A stretch of 64,000 nt of DNA from Felis catus (GCF_018350175.1 NC_058368.1:96164001-96228000), one strand, 5' to 3'. Numbered from the stretch's first letter, positions 47,958-61,327 are shown. Notes: generated by a model not told the origin, from the letters alone. Translations and numbers: made by a program.

Positions 47958-50439
47958 GGGCATTTAGATTTTAGAATGATTTCTATTAAATACATTCTAT
48001 TAAACATATAATGGACATTATTTTAGAATCCAAGGATATAGTCAATTATTTTTAAAGGGCTTATTTGAAACATTTAATTCCTTAAAAACATCAGGTCAGT
48101 AAAATGGTATTTTTAAACTCAGCACTAATCATTTCTGTAGCACCACATTAAAGGTGAATCATTATGTCATTATGTTCATGATTTACATGTCTATGACACA
48201 AATGTATACTGTTCTATATAAAACGTACTCCTTGACTTGGCAAAACTGACCACAGGTCGATTACCTTCATAGTAAGTGAAGTACTCATCTTGATTTTTAA
48301 AGAAAAACTTACTTTTTTCTATCTTGATGACTCATTTTCATAGATGTTTACTTCTTTCAATTCAGGTAGCAGAGAACTTTATTCAATTCGACCCGGCACC
48401 AAATGACCACATTACAGCAGATATGACATTTTAAGGGATCAGACAAAACCAAATATCAAAAAAAAAAAAAAAAAAACAAACCAAGCAGAAACATCCCATT
48501 TATTAAAATGCTTCTGTTACTCTGCCTGACACTGACTGAGGTTCTATTCTTTGCTTATCTTGCTTTTCCTAATGGAACGTGGGAGCTGCCGGGAAGCTGA
48601 ACAAATACCATTTGTACTTCAAAACATACTAGAGACCACTAAAATAAACTAATAATTGGAAAATAAATCTTTCTACCTCATACATTCAAATTAAATGTCC
48701 AAGAGTGTATGCACCCTCCCCTTAGTTCATAAATGTGAATTGTTTTGATTTTCTCACTCATTTCTACCAGTTTTAAACATATATGAGGTGTCTTTTGCTT
48801 CACTTGTGGTGGTTTGAAGCACACCTATTTTTTTTCTTTTTAATAAAGTGACTTCACAAAAAAAAAAGAGAAGAGAAAAAGAGCCAACTCAGTGTTTGAT
48901 CGCATGTTTCCATTCATTCACATCTTTCTGTAAAATTATCCTTCTGATCTAACAGATTCCAGTAAAAGATGAAAGTTTTCATGGTGTGTGAGCCAAACGC
49001 ACATTGCTGTGTTTTTTTTTTAAGTTACACAGTGATGAAAAGAAAATGCTGTCCCTGTACTTTGATTATTTTTGCATATGTGTAACTTAGAAGGTGACTC
49101 TAAAAATTGAAACTTTCCATGGGTCTAGTTTGCAAAAAGGAAGCCTCTCATGGCCAATTTAGAAAAACAAGCATCCAAAATTCTGAATGTTTGAAAAATT
49201 ACTTCAAGGCCAGTTCTGTGGCATTTCAAACATTTCACCTCACCCTTTTTAAGTGCCAGTCTTATCTATTGCTGAGGAAATTCACACATACGGCATAACT
49301 ATTTTTTTACGTACACGGTGGTGGCGTCTTTGGTATTGGTATTTTTTTCTTTTTAACTCTTGGGTTGGTGGGATGACAGTGAACTTCAGTGACTCTGAAT
49401 TTCAATACTCTTTTTTGCACAACGTATCAGTGTTTCTGTAATCCTTCAACTTTAAGACTGAGGATCCAATTACAAAGGAGAATAAGTCTGAATATGTTCA
49501 GCCTACTTACTTCCTACGCCTTTTAAAAAGAGGGAGAAAATATACATTTGTTTAGACCCTAAAAATCCTCAAGAAACATATTTCTCACCAGGGTGAGAAC
49601 TAAATGTTCATGTACTTAATTTGATTTGAGGGAAAGACAAAATTTGTTTTAAATTTTGCTTTTAACATCTTTGCCAAATGATACATGTCAGAATTCAATA
49701 CTGAAAATTAAACTATGGAATTAAAAGTGACTCTAAAGTCTATCTTATAACCACCCCCCTTTCCGTTGATGATTAAAGTAAAAGCAAGTGATATCATGAA
49801 TTGAAGATGATGGAAATCACAGGCTTGAATTCAGTATAATAATCAAGATTAGCGGACGCAGGTGATACTGATGTGGTATCTCACGGGGTTTTTAATATTA
49901 TACCACAACAAGCGTGGAATCTGAGGACCACTTTGCTGAAAACCATGAGCAGAATGCCATAACAGGTAGATTTCTGCTTTTTTTTTTCTTGGTGAGAACT
50001 TCAAGCTTATATATTATGGAGATTATGTATCTCTAAAACATTACTCCCTTAAGTTTTGGTGATATATTGATTTCACTGATCAGTGTCAAGACCTTTGGTC
50101 TTAGACAAATGAACATGTCAAAGGAAATTTTAAAAGTTCTTTATGTATCAAAGTAATTTAGGAATGTATCATGTGAGAAGTCGCATTTTTTTTTTCAAAA
50201 TTTACAGTACGAAGACAAGTGACTGATTCCATTATTTAGCATAAATATGATAAGACAGAGAGGGCCTGTGAAAATCCTACCATCCACCCTCCCTAGGAAT
50301 CCTTCCTCCCATAGATCACACACTGCTGTCCCTTCTCCCCCCATTATGCTTTCCTCTACACTCACACCCTCATTGTCTTTCATTTGCTTCCTTTGTCTTA
50401 TCTCTTAACACTCTTGCTCTGTACCATTGCCGGAATGTT

Positions 50440-50950
50440 CTACATAAAATGTATGCCTGACCATACAATCTTGTCTTCCACGTAAAGACTAATTTTTTTT
50501 TTTATTTTACCATGCCTAAAGAATAAAATCTAGACTCTTTAACAGGGCCCTAGACATAATTTCTTCCATTCACTTCCTCCCTCCCACTTTGCCTCATCTC
50601 CTTTCTCTGTGAGCCAAGCACCAATCAGAAATGCCTCAAAGCCACATCATTTCATGCCTTCTTTCCCCTTTTGTTTTATTTTCAATGCCATACTGCTCTC
50701 CTCTCCCCTTATCTGCTTTTAAAACCTTTGAAATCAAAAATTCTAAATATCTTTAACACATCTCTTACATACATAACCATCGCCTAGATAATAGCCTTAC
50801 CTGGGGACAGGAGGACCTTACCTTGACACTCCTGCTATAATTTTGTGATTATTCTTAAAGTCACATTCATCCTGCACCTTCAAACATCAGAGTAGACCTT
50901 GAATGAAAAATAAAATGCCTGGTTTGTGCATCAGTGGAGATATTAACGTG
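50440..50950 (+). mobile_element. L2 fragment (diverged)
   Basis: CCATGCCTAAAGAATAAAATCTAGACTCTTTAACAGGGCC followed by pyrimidine-rich L2-like blocks. Confidence 0.5.
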
Positions 50951-51964
50951 GTGAGCTCTATGTTCACACCCTCTCATGCTTTTTTCTTTTTTGCACAGAA
51001 TCATACTTAAATTTGGAGGAATGGATTTCTGCTACTACCCCCATGCAAATTATGTGCATTGCATACTTGAGGGATGTGATGACTTTCAGATACTTCTGAT
51101 GCTTTGGGGCAAATGCAGATTGAATATGCTGTTGGGCAATTGACTGATGGTTCCACTAACTGATATTCAAGTGACTTGAGAGTTAATGTAAAGGTAAATG
51201 GCTTCGATACCAAGACAAAAAAAAACGTGTTTGACTATATCTGAGTCATACATTCTCATTACTGTTGGAAAGAAGGATTTGTATTTGGCAGATCTTTTCA
51301 GTTACACACTATAAAGGAAGAAAATGTTTTGTTCAGCCTGGCAAGAACAGTATTTTCCCTTTTAGATTTATTTTTAAAAATAAGTTGCTGATTGAAAAGT
51401 CACACAGGTAAATCAACTTCTATAGAAGTAATGACATTCCCAGACCAGCAGGCTTTAGTTCAAAATACTAAACCACGCACCGTCTGGAATATTCATTTCC
51501 AAATGCTGTGCCAATGGGATCAAACCCTGGCATGCTCAACCTATATTTGAACGAGTAACATACTTTTAAAATAGAACTGGTAAATCAAAACGTTTAGATT
51601 TGGCTCAGAGATATACCGACATGCTTCATGTTTAGTTTACATTTTAATAGGAAGCATCAGCACCTGGCTGTATAGTAATCATGGAAGAAAGTGATAATTG
51701 TTACAAACAACAAAAAAACAAAAAACACACAAGGTTGTCCAGAAGCAACCTTGTCTATGTTTTAAATGTATAGTAGATGGTTTTTGAGTCTAGGTGGGGT
51801 TAACAGGACCATTTTGACTAGGAGAACTGAAGTGTTCTTAGGTCCTGTTAACCTCACCTAGACTTTCTGCTGCACAAGTTAGTCACTATTTAAGAGTCCT
51901 GTGCTTTTCTGACTTCATCCTAAATTGTGTAAGAGTAAGGTACAGATTTCTTCTGTAGTCTCCC

Positions 51965-52310
51965 TTCCTTCTTTAATGTATTCAGCGTTTATTGGGTGCC
52001 TGCTATTTTCCTAACAGCAATACTTAGGGATGCAAATACAAGTATTGGTGTCCCCTACTCTTGAGAATTTCAGTGTAATGAGAAAAACAGATATGAAAAC
52101 AAATAATTACAGTGTATTGGGAAGCGGGGCACACTACAGGCATGTAAGGAATGTTATGAGACAAGAGAGGGAAAAGCCACATTGGTCTGGGAAGTTGGGG
52201 AAAGATTCCCGGAGATCACTTTGGGCTCGGCCTTGAAGAGTAAGTAGGATTTAAACCAGAGCAAGAAGGACGAGAATACTTTAGGTAACTACAAAGTCCA
52301 GAAGGTCCTG
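51965..52310 (-). mobile_element. L2 3' region
   Basis: GTTTATTGGGTGCCTGCTAT...GTCCCCTACTCTTGAGAATTTCAGT...AAACAAATAATTACA...CCTTGAAGAGTAAGTAGGATTT. Confidence 0.75.
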
Positions 52311-52454
52311 AAGGACCCATTGTGCTTACATTGTTGCCCAATTAGCTTTGGCTGGAAGTAAACACCTTCCCCAGAAATCTTGCTATAATTATATGAGTTC
52401 TGTAACAGTAATGAGAATATTATACGAATGTAAATTCTCAGCAATATAATACAG

Positions 52455-52704
52455 CAGAAGTGTGTGGTTTAAGGCAAGTAATTTGGAGCCAGACTGCCTG
52501 GGTCTGACTTCCAACCTGAACACATAAATGCTGTGTGACTTTCAGCAAGTGATGTAACTGCCACAAGCCTCAGTGCCCTGGCCTGCCAACTGAGGGAGAT
52601 ATTAGTACCTGGCTCGTAAATATTGTCCAGCTTAAATAAAATAATCCTTAACCATTTCTAAGAAAAATGATGACTATTTGAAAACTTTTCATAAATATTA
52701 GCTA
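52455..52704 (+). mobile_element. MIR (near full length)
   Basis: TGGAGCCAGACTGCCTGGGT...GCTGTGTGACTTTCAGCAAGTGATGTAAC...AGCCTCAGT...TAGTACCT...ATAAATATTAGCTA. Confidence 0.85.
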
Positions 52705-52725
52705 CAAATGTTTGATTTATTCACT

Positions 52726-53612
52726 ATTTTAACAGTATTATTGAATTATAATTTATATACCATACACGTCACCCATTTGAAAAGCACAAGTTAATGATTT
52801 TTAATAAATTTGCAGTTGTGCAAGCATCCCCTCTGTCTGATTTTAGAATGTTTTCTTTCCCTCAAAAAGATACCTATAGATGGACATTCTCTATTTCTAC
52901 TGTTCTCTCTAGGTCTAAATTCAGTCTCTATAGATCGGCCTATACTGGATATTTCATATAAAAGTAGTCATAAAAAGTCGTAAAAATTGTGGCCATTTGT
53001 GTCTATCTTCTTTCCCATTTTTTTTTTCCTTTTTTAAGTTTATTTATTTTGAGAGAAAGAGAGCTTGGGAGGGACAGAGAGAGAGAATCCCAAGCAGGCT
53101 CCATGCTGTCGGTGCAGAGTCTGTTGTGGGGCTTAAGCCCACAAACCATAAGATCATGACCTGAGCCGAAACCAAGAGTTGGAAGCTTAATCGAGTAAGC
53201 AACCCACACACCCTTCCACCTTCTTTCCTGTAGCGTAATGTTTTCAAGGTTCATCCATACTGTAGTGTGTATCAGTATTTCATTCCTTTTTATGGCTGAG
53301 TAATATTCCCTTGAATGAAATGCCACATATATTTATTCATCGGTTGGTGGATGTTTTGAATATTCTACTTAGTGGATACTATTGATTTTCCTGAGAATAT
53401 TTATGTGCAAGTTTTTGCATGGATGCATATTTTCATTTGTCTTGCTTATGTACACAGGAGTATAGTTGCTAGGTCATGTGTTAATGGTATCCTTAACATT
53501 TTGAAAAATTGCCAAACTGTTTTCCAAAGCAGCTGCACGACTTTACTTACCATCTGGAAAATGTGACAAGGTTTTAATGTATTTACATCCTCACCAATGA
53601 TTGTATTATCTA
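52726..53612 (-). mobile_element. L1MB-type 3' end, interrupted by a SINE
   Basis: TTATTGAATTATAATTTATATACCATA...CACCCATTTGAA...GTTTTCAAGGTTCATCCAT...TTCATTCCTTTTTATGGCTGAGTAATATTCC...TGCCAAACTGTTTTCCAAAG. Confidence 0.9.
53017..53213 (-). mobile_element. SINEC
   Basis: Antisense body; TSD TCTATCTTCTTTCC/TCCACCTTCTTTCC. Confidence 0.95.
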
Positions 53613-55435
53613 TTTGTATGAAAAATGCCAATGGAATTTTGACAGGAATTGCATTGAATCTATAGAAAAGCTGAAGGTACTATGAACATTTTAACAATGT
53701 TCACTCTTATGATCCATGAACATGGGCTATTTTCCACTTATTTGTATCTTCTTTAATTTCTTTATCAATGTCCTACAGTTTTTGATAAATAGATCTTTCA
53801 CTTTCTTGGTTAAATTTATTGTTTTCTTTTAAATTTTTTTAAATGTTTATTTGTTATTGAGAGACAGAGAGACAGAGCATGAACATGGGAGGGGCAGAGA
53901 GAGGGGGAGACACAGAATCTGAAGCTGGCTCCACGCTTGGAGTTGTCAGTACCAAAGCCCGAAGCAGGGCTCGAACTCACAAACCATGAGATCATGACCT
54001 GAGCTGAAGTCGGACGCTTAACCAACTGAGCCACCCAGGCACTCCAAATTTATTCTTTTTGATGCTGTTGTAGATGAGAATGTTTTCCTTATTTCTTTTT
54101 CAAATAGTTGATTGTTTGGGTAAAAACACAACCTATTTTTGTCTGTTGATTTTGTATCCTGGAACTTAACTGGATTCACTGATTAGTTCTAACAGTCTTT
54201 AAGATTTTCTACATACAAGATCATGCCAGCAGCAAACAGGCATGATTGTACTAATTACTTCCAGATTTGGATGAGTTTTATTTATTTTTCTTGTGTGATT
54301 CCTCTGGTTAGGACTTCTAGTACTATGTTGAACAGGAGTAATGAAATTCGGTAGCTTTGTCTTGTTCTAGATCTTAAAGGGGAAGTTTTCAACCTTTTAC
54401 TGTTGAGTGTGATGTGACTTGTAGACTTGTTAAATATGGTCTTTATTATGTTGAGTTACTTTCAGTCTACACTCATTTTGTTGACAGTTTCTATCTTGAA
54501 AGGATGAATTCTGTTCATTGTTTTTGCTGCATCTGCTCAGATGATCATGTGATTTTTTTTTCATTCTCTTGTGATACACCACAGTAATAATTGATTTGCC
54601 AGTATTGAAACTTTCTTGCATCTCAGTGATAAATTGCACTTGTTTGTGGTGTTTGGTTCTTTTCTTGTGCTGATGAGTTTGGTTTGCTGGTATTTTGCTC
54701 AGCATTTTTGCATCTGTATTCATCAGGGATGTTAGCCTGGAGTTTTCTCTTCTTGTAGTATCCTTATTTCGCTTTAGTATCAAGGTAATGCTGGTCTTGC
54801 AAAATGATCGTGGGAGTGTTCCTTCACTTTCAAATTTTGGAAAACATTTGAAAAGGATTGGCATCAATTCTTCTGTAAGTATTTGCTTGAATTCTTCTGT
54901 GAAGCCACCTGATCCTAGGCTTTTCTTGGTTGGGAGGTTTATGAATACTGATTCAATCTCATTACTCATTGTGGCACTGATCACTTTTTCTGTTTCTTCA
55001 TGATTCAGTCTTGGTAGGTTGTATGTTCCTAGGAATTAATGTTTCTTCTGAGCTGTCCAGTTCATTGGTGTATATTTGTCTGTAGTCGTCTCTTACGATC
55101 CTTTGTATTTCCACGGTATAAGTTGTAACGCCTCCATTAATTCTTTTATTTATCTGAGTCATTTTTTTTTCTTAGTAGATCTAGCTAAAGGTTTATCAAT
55201 TTTGTTTACCTAAAAAAAAAAACAAAAAAAAAACCCACCAAAAAACAAAACACAAGAACTCCTAGCTGCATTTGTCTTTCTATGTTATTCTAGTCTCTTT
55301 TTCATTTATTTCTACTCTAGTCATTATTATTTCTCATTCTGATAACTTTGGCTTTAGTTCTTCTTGTTTAGTTTGGAAAACTTGTGGCTGCCTTATTATT
55401 TTATTTGTATTGTGGTGCTACCAGCTTCCTCTTAA
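53613..55435 (-). mobile_element. L1 ORF2 remnant (upstream of and including start of RT domain), degenerate
   Basis: ORF 54430-54984 translates NEIESVFINLPTKKSLGSGGFTEEF...EGTLPRSFCKTSITLILK...LMNTDAKML, recognisable L1 ORF2p with conserved residues decayed; no long ORF spans the remnant. Confidence 0.93.
53821..54045 (-). mobile_element. SINEC (felid type) inside L1
   Basis: Antisense body; TSD AAATTTATT. Confidence 0.96.
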
Positions 55436-55449
55436 TTGTTCTCCACCAA

Positions 55450-56257
55450 ATCCCCAATGCTCCTAGACATGTAGTTCTCCATGTTCTGTTTCAAATAAAT
55501 TCAGTCCCCATCAATTCTCATGGTCTGCCTTTACCCTGAGCAGAACTTCAGAACTACTACACTGGAACCTGAGGAGGCAGGCAGGGTTTGATTGTGCTGA
55601 AGTGATGTCCTCATTCTATGAGTGGTCATGGGGTAGATGTGATACCTTGTGGTCTTGTGTTTGACTCTTCCAGCATAGACCTTCCACCCTAGAAGCAATC
55701 TGAGGAAGGACCATTTGGACCTCTTTATTCTTACCCTGCCACATTTAGAGTAGATCTTCTGTTCTATGCATAGGGTGCAATAGGGGGCTACAGACCTGAT
55801 CCTTTCAGCCTAGTTGGCTGGAATAGAACCTTCTGCAACAAGCAATAGGAGATGAGAAACCCTAGCATCCTCCTTCTCCAAGGGTGAAATATTATCCCCA
55901 GACTGGATAATGTGTGTGCAAGAGAGAGAGGTCCCCCATCTTCTTAGTCCTCACCTGAAAATCGTAGAACATTTAGGATTACAGAACATTACATTACATT
56001 ACAGAACTGGTGGAGTCGGGAAGGTTGGTGGTGGTAAGGCTATGCTCAAAACCACAGTCATGTTCTTGCTGAAATTTAGCAGGTTTTCTTTAATGAATGT
56101 TTCTCCATTTTGCTTTTTTCCCTTAGGACAAATTGTAGAAACGTTTTAATAATTGTGGGTTTGGTTTTGTTTTTATTTAATAAAATGTGTGCAAACTAAA
56201 CTGTTGTTTTGTTGGGGAGAGGGTCCACCAAGCTTTTTACCTTGCCATTCAGGAGGT
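55450..56257 (-). mobile_element. Old L1M 5' end region (tentative)
   Basis: GTTTCTCCATTTTGC...CCCTTAGGACAAATT...GTTGTTTTGTTGGGGAGAGGGTCCACC...GCCATTCAGGAGG resembles recalled antisense L1MC/MD/ME 5' termini; best support at 56060-56257. Confidence 0.5.
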
Positions 56258-56893
56258 TTTGCCCTCCTTAGTTATTTTCGCCATTGCATTATTTTTCATC
56301 TATTGTGATGGAGTGTTCATCACTTCATCCCTTTTTATTAGTGCATGTTGCCATCTATTTTTATAAGAAAGTGCATTTCTTCACGTTTGATGAGAACCTC
56401 TGTAATTAAAAAAAAGTGATGTGCTCATGTTTTGAATCTGTGTTAATAGACCCCTCTTGGATAGTCATATTTCTAATTAGAATATTCAAGGATGTTGAAT
56501 CATACAAAGAGGAAAGTAGACTCTTTATAAAGTCTCTTTATAAAGCAATGTTTACTGGAAATGTGGCCATGTTAAGTAAGGGTGTAGAAACAAGAATAGA
56601 ACAAAATGTGCGATCTAAAAGTTGGAGGTCATATTGGAAACAGATGCAGGCATTAGGTGCTCAGATACAACCAGGTCCTGTGCAGAAATCTCTGTCTCAA
56701 CAGAGGTCAATGGAGGTGTATCTCTACCATGACAACATGCAACATATACGTTCTAGCTCTCTGCTATTGCCATCCAGGGATAAGAAGGGATAGTGAGGAG
56801 ACAACCCTTACTTGATCATATATTTACTGCCACAGATGGGCTTTAAACTAAAAATGACTGTTATCTTGGTTATACAAGGTTAAATTTCCTCTC

Positions 56894-57238
56894 TGGCATA
56901 GACTGAATTTTTATGCCCCCCCTAAAACTCTGTGTTGAAACTCAGTCCCCAGTGTGATGGTATTTGGAGGTGGAGCCTTTGGAAGGTGACTGTCGTGAAG
57001 GCAGCTCCCTCATGAATGGAATTAGTGGCATTATAAAACAGACCCCAGACAGTTCCCTTGCCCTCTCTGCCATGTGAGGACGCAGGGAGAAGTTAGTAGT
57101 CTGCAACCCAGAAGAGGACCCTCCCTAGAACTCAATTATACTAGCACCATGTTTCCAGACTTCCAGACCCCGGGACTGTGAGAAATAGATTTCTCTCGTT
57201 TATAAGCCACATCGTCTGTGGTATCCTGTTACAGTAGA
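56894..57238 (+). mobile_element. MLT1A/MLT1A0-like LTR
   Basis: GACTGAAT...GTTGAAAC...CCCCAGTGTGATGGTATTTGGAGGTGGAGCCTTTGG...CCCTCATGAATGGAATTAGTG...GCCATGTGAGGAC...ACTGTGAGAAATA...TTTATAAGCCAC. Confidence 0.92.
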
Positions 57239-59807
57239 TGCCTTCCAAGCATAAATGAGTAAACCAGATCAAAGTTTATTTCTGTTAGAGACATAAAAGG
57301 AAGTTACATATTTGAACACTTGAATTTTATGATTCCAAATTCACACCTGCTACATTGTCTTGCACTTTTCGTACATAGAGGCCTCTTGAAAAATCCAAAT
57401 AATGTAAAACACAAGTTGAAAAGAAGAATCAGACAATATTATAATGAAGGAAAATTTGCCCTCCTGTAAAAAGACTAATATATGTTGCTAAAATATTAAA
57501 TATAACAGACACCTCTTATGCCACCTCCCATGCATACATGCATGGGAGCCCAAACCCCCCCCCCCACACACACACACACCACCCAGTTCCAATATACTCA
57601 TAAAAAGTTGACTCTTAAACTTCTTTTACTATTCCAGGCTAATGATGATAATGCGTTAACATCAAGTGATTGAAATTATATACAATTCATAAGATCCCCA
57701 TTATATATCACTCATAATAATTCGGACAGATAAGCCAAACCAGATATTTTTATGCTGATTCTGAAGGAAAGATATGTTCTAAAAAAAAAAAAAATCATGG
57801 TATGTAAGCAGACCACCTGGGAAATCTCTAACAACCTTAAGAGTATACAAATACTTTTGAAGCAGCCCCAGGTAATTTATAAGCTTTTATTTATAAAGGA
57901 ATCGCTGGGAGTTAATGTAGGAGATATGCCTAGCTATTCATTTAAGTAAGCCCCGTAGGACAATTAAAATGCAGCAGTTAGTTGAGTTCTACTTACTGTA
58001 CTCGGAAACAAAATGCAGTTGAAACATACAGCCTTATGCATGTCTCCCGATTTCATGTCAGAATAGATTTCTAAAGAGATGTTTGCATTCTCCCTAATTC
58101 TCACACCTTTATCTTGTGAATTAGTACCTCTTCCACTTGTATCTTATTTCAGTTCCATTATCTGTCTCTCAGTCTCAAAAACAATTTTTTAGAGCTCCCT
58201 CCTTTTTCTTCTCCTTTGTATATTTTATCCCTTAGACCCAAATCACTCTACCACAACATTGCTTTAAATTGGACCTTTCCAGATGAACAAAACAAGTGTA
58301 AGCAATTCCTCTTTGGGGATCGTGTCTTTCCTTCTCTCAGCAGACAGAACCTTTCTTTCTTACCTGCTATCTCTGTGCAACAAAATGCTATGTGTGAAAT
58401 AAAGGATTCAGGCATGTTTATTTATTTATTTATTCAGGGCTGCAGTATTTTTTTTTCATAGCTCTGAATACTGCATACCATGATGCGAGACTGTCCATTA
58501 GCTTTTAAAAAAGGGTCGAAGTTAATAAAAGTGACACATACCTGCTTCCCAGCAGCCACAGCTACGGACTTCCTCACTCCTTCCAAATGGATCTCCCAAC
58601 TGGGCCTCTCCTGGAGCTGTCAGGGAACTACTAGATAGGAATTTGTTCTGAGTTCTGACACACTTAGAAAATAAGACACATGATGATCGGATCTGCCGGC
58701 TGGATGGTAACGGTGACGCTCCTCGCTCCTCGGGTCCATGGCCATCCGTGGAAGCATTCCATTTTACGAGCTATTGTTTGGTATCGTTTGATGTGCTCTG
58801 CTCCAAAGTCAAATCTCCGCAAGATAGAATCACACGTATCTCTCTTATACAAACCTTACTGCACGTCTCAGCCTTAAAAATTACCCGGGCATATCCAACA
58901 TCACAAGGTTAATAGGATGTTAGAAACCCAGGGGGTGGGGGAAGTTTTGCCATTTAACTTGGACGTGTTTTCCATTACGTTGCAAGCATTTTAAGATTGC
59001 TTGCTGGGAATTCCTTTTTAGGAATCCCTTCATAGTTCGTGCATAATAAACGATACGTTTTCTAGATACGTTACTGTTTGAAAAATAATTCTTGTGTACA
59101 TAGTCTTTTCTTTATTAGTGCCAAACTCTTTTAAACCAAGGGTTCTAAAATAGGGATGGCTTTTTGCATCCAGTGGCTAATGTGATCACTAGCATAAACT
59201 GTGGAGTCTCCTTGGCGGATGTTCTCGATCTCTAGGGTGCCGTACAGATTGGGCCTGTGAAGCGCTGTTTGGTTATTTGCTGTTTTCAACCTTGTGCAGA
59301 GTCTTTATTGGATTTTCAGAAAAGAAATAAATGGTATGAATATTCAGGCTTATTCTAATTTCACATAAAGCTCCAATATAATAAGTCGCTTGTTACACTA
59401 CATGACCTCACACAAATGCCTTTTATATTAATGCAGGAACCAAATAAAATGTTTAAACCCTCTTGAAAGCACATCTAAGGCTCAGTTAAGATGTTGGCTC
59501 TAAAGGAGCCCCTGGCGTTAGGAAGCCCACATGGTTAACAGCCTTCTCTTTTGCCCGCTGAAGCTCATACGGGTCTCTCTCTCCTCACCAGCCAAACATT
59601 TAAACTCTTTTTGAAGAGAAGGTAAGATGTACCCACCTTGGACGCAATGGCTTCCTCAGAAGATAGAAAAGAAATTTTGTGCGTGTTATTGAGAGGTGGT
59701 AGCAGGTATTTTATTTTTTTCATGGAAAGCCCACTGATCTTCCACAGACATGGTAACAAAGTCTGGGATTCTTGTGGGGAAGATATCGGTCTTGTAGAAG
59801 GGAGCTA

Positions 59808-60471
59808 CGGTGGTTCAGTCTATGGACGCAAATCTTTCTGACATTCTTCAGTCAAGACGCAGGATATTCCCTCCTTTTGTGTTTTGTTTTGTTTTTAATG
59901 TGTGTTTATTTATTTTGAGACAGAGTGAGAGTGCATGCAAGCAGGGGAGGGGCAGACAGAGAAGGGAAAGAGGGAATCCCAAGCAGGCTCTGTTCTGTCA
60001 GCATAGATCCTGACATGGGCCTTGATCCTCGAACTGTGAAACCATGACGGGAGTCAATATCAAGTGTCGGACACTTAACCAACTGAGCCACCCGGATGCT
60101 CCCACCCTTCTTTTTGAATTTGAATGGCTGATGACTGACTCCTTTGATCAGAAGGGTTTGGCAGAGGTAAGGTTATATGATTTCCTAGCTGAAGTTACAA
60201 ATGCAATCCAGTGTCCAGCTGTCTTCTGGGACATTCAATTTTTGGGGATCCTTGAACCCCAAACAATTGTTTCTTCAACTGTTTCTTCAAGCCACAAGGA
60301 ATGGCCACATATAGGCACCCTTTATAATAGTCATAGCTGGGCACACAGTATGTAGCCAGAATTAAAAACTGCCCAGCCAAATCCTTTCCAAATTCGTAGT
60401 GAGCAAAATAAAATAGTTGATTCAGATCAGTTTTAAAATAATAAGTTATGCAGCAATGAATAACTAGAACT
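59808..60471 (+). mobile_element. MLT1G/H-like LTR split by a SINE
   Basis: GCAAATCTTTCTGACATTC...TTTGATCAGAAGGGTTTGGCAGAGGT...AACTGCCCAGCCAAATCC...GTTATGCAGCAATGAATAACTAGAAC. Confidence 0.75.
59875..60103 (-). mobile_element. SINEC
   Basis: Antisense body with (TTTTG)n tail. Confidence 0.95.
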
Positions 60472-61327
60472 GGAATTAACCAACAATCGTCTGAAAACTC
60501 AAAAGAGAAGTTTTAAAATCAAAAGTAGTTTGGAGTTGTTATTCATGGGACTGGAAGAATTTTTGTTACTTCAAAAATAGAGACCATTAATATATTATTT
60601 GAGGACATCAAAAAAAGTAATGAGACTGTCTTATATTTCATTCTGGGAGGAAAGGTATGCCCCACAGAGCTGATTAAAAATAGCAGTTGTAAAAAGTAAT
60701 TATGTTGCTTCCTTCCTGCATCATGCTGAGTCTAGCTTATTTAATAAATCCGGTTCCAAGCTACATAGAACACCACCAACTCCATCATCACCATTGCCAT
60801 TACAAGAAATTAGTGTGTCCTGATTAAGTTGTTAAAGGCTTCTATTAAAACACATTTATTTTGGCAGACATAATCTCTCCTTAACCCGATTTTAGTGATT
60901 AGCTAATTACCATTGGGTTAGTTGTAGATGATTCTGTAAAAGACAGATCCTTTTGAACGAGATGTTGCAGCCCAGGAAGCCAGTGCCTCCGAAGACTGCA
61001 GAGAAAGAGAATTGAAAGAATCAGAAAGAGAGAGTAAACCCAAAAGACAGTGATTTTGTATTTTCCTAGTTCCATCTACGTACGGAAATTATCTTCTACG
61101 TGAATTATCTTCAGCTTCTTTTTATGTGCGACCCATCTTCTTCCCTGAACGATGAAAGCAGTGAGTTTAAGCTTCCTCTGTGACTGACCCACAGCAATGG
61201 AATCTTCTTAGCCATGATTCACCCCTAGCATTCTTACGGAGCACGAGGAGAGCATTGAATGAACTTCTCTCTAATTTAACCACAAAAAATAATTATTTTG
61301 TTCCAATGCCCTGCCTACGTGACTCAC

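Noticed and set aside
54430..54984. Longest ORF (184 aa) as a host or domesticated gene
   Set aside because: Degenerate L1 ORF2p fragment; conserved motifs are mutated and a SINE interrupts the downstream RT region.
58432..58476. Overlapping 9-11 bp inverted repeats
   Set aside because: Too short and AT-rich to distinguish from chance.
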